Shown in pieces: positions 63,675 through 64,000 of a stretch of DNA of 64,000 bases. Below the pieces are notes generated by a model, which was not told the origin of the DNA, made no database searches, and saw only the letters and a program-made list of their open reading frames with translations. The position numbers and the translations under genes were made by a program. Within the stretch, counting starts at the first letter, position 1. Every line of letters begins with the position of its first letter. The stretch comes from Lytechinus pictus (taxonomy: Eukaryota), in the NCBI RefSeq assembly GCF_037042905.1, contig NC_087263.1, positions 8,930,001 to 8,994,000 of the forward strand. The letters are read 5' to 3'.

Positions 63675-63906
63675 CTCTCTAAATTCCAAGGATTTTAAGT
63701 AAATCCAGATCGGCTGTGAAAAGTCACCAGGCAAATACTAGAATTAGATTTAGACCTGGTTGATTTTAATATAGTCTAATAGATTTGAATTCAAATCTTT
63801 TGAGATATAAAAGTTAATCCTTAAGATTTAAAATAAATTCAGAATTCGGCTGGTCACTATTCACAGCCGATCTGGATTTATTTTGAAATCCTTGAAATTT
63901 AGAGTG
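63675..63906. mobile_element. CACT-type palindromic MITE
   Basis: Ends TA|CTCTCTAAATTCCAAGGATTT…AAATCCAGATCGGCTGTGAA and TTCACAGCCGATCTGGATTT…AAATCCTTGAAATTTAGAGTG|TA. Confidence 0.8.
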
Positions 63907-64000
63907 TAGGCTGTCTAAGTCAAAGGAAGTTCATTCGGAGGAAAGGAAAGGTCTGAGTAGTAGGGCCTTACCTCCGACTGGGCTTCTTTCGACCAAAACA

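Overview
AT-rich animal genomic DNA. The repeat families resemble those of sea urchins, but that assignment is my inference. The window is mostly transposable elements around one clearly supported host gene. That gene is a minus-strand glutamine-synthetase type I / lengsin-like gene. It has a 1.3-kb catalytic exon (39839-41175) and a phase-compatible upstream coding exon (48850-48949) that would give a 478-aa protein starting with an N-myristoylation-like motif (MGIGSSSLC). Several residues needed for canonical GS activity are replaced. Other major features: (i) two inverted copies of a composite Harbinger-like element form a ~6.5-kb imperfect palindrome (3641-10177); (ii) a 15.6-kb TAG...CTA foldback element (15114-30683) carries about 20 RFX X-box-like palindromes in its arms and holds a five-level transposon nest; (iii) a decayed but structurally complete PAT-like tyrosine-recombinase retrotransposon (50600-61637) has A1-ORFs-B1A2-B2 split direct repeats and a reconstructable AA crossover site, and is itself interrupted by a 5.4-kb foldback element; (iv) there are many MITEs with readable target-site duplications, L2/CR1 and L1/Tx1 fragments, and tRNA-derived SINEs. 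I found no CRISPR array, no rRNA and no convincing intact tRNA. I cannot demonstrate a wholly new system from sequence alone. The best leads are the putatively lipidated GS-like protein and the transposon-borne transcription-factor motif arrays. All coordinates were read by eye.
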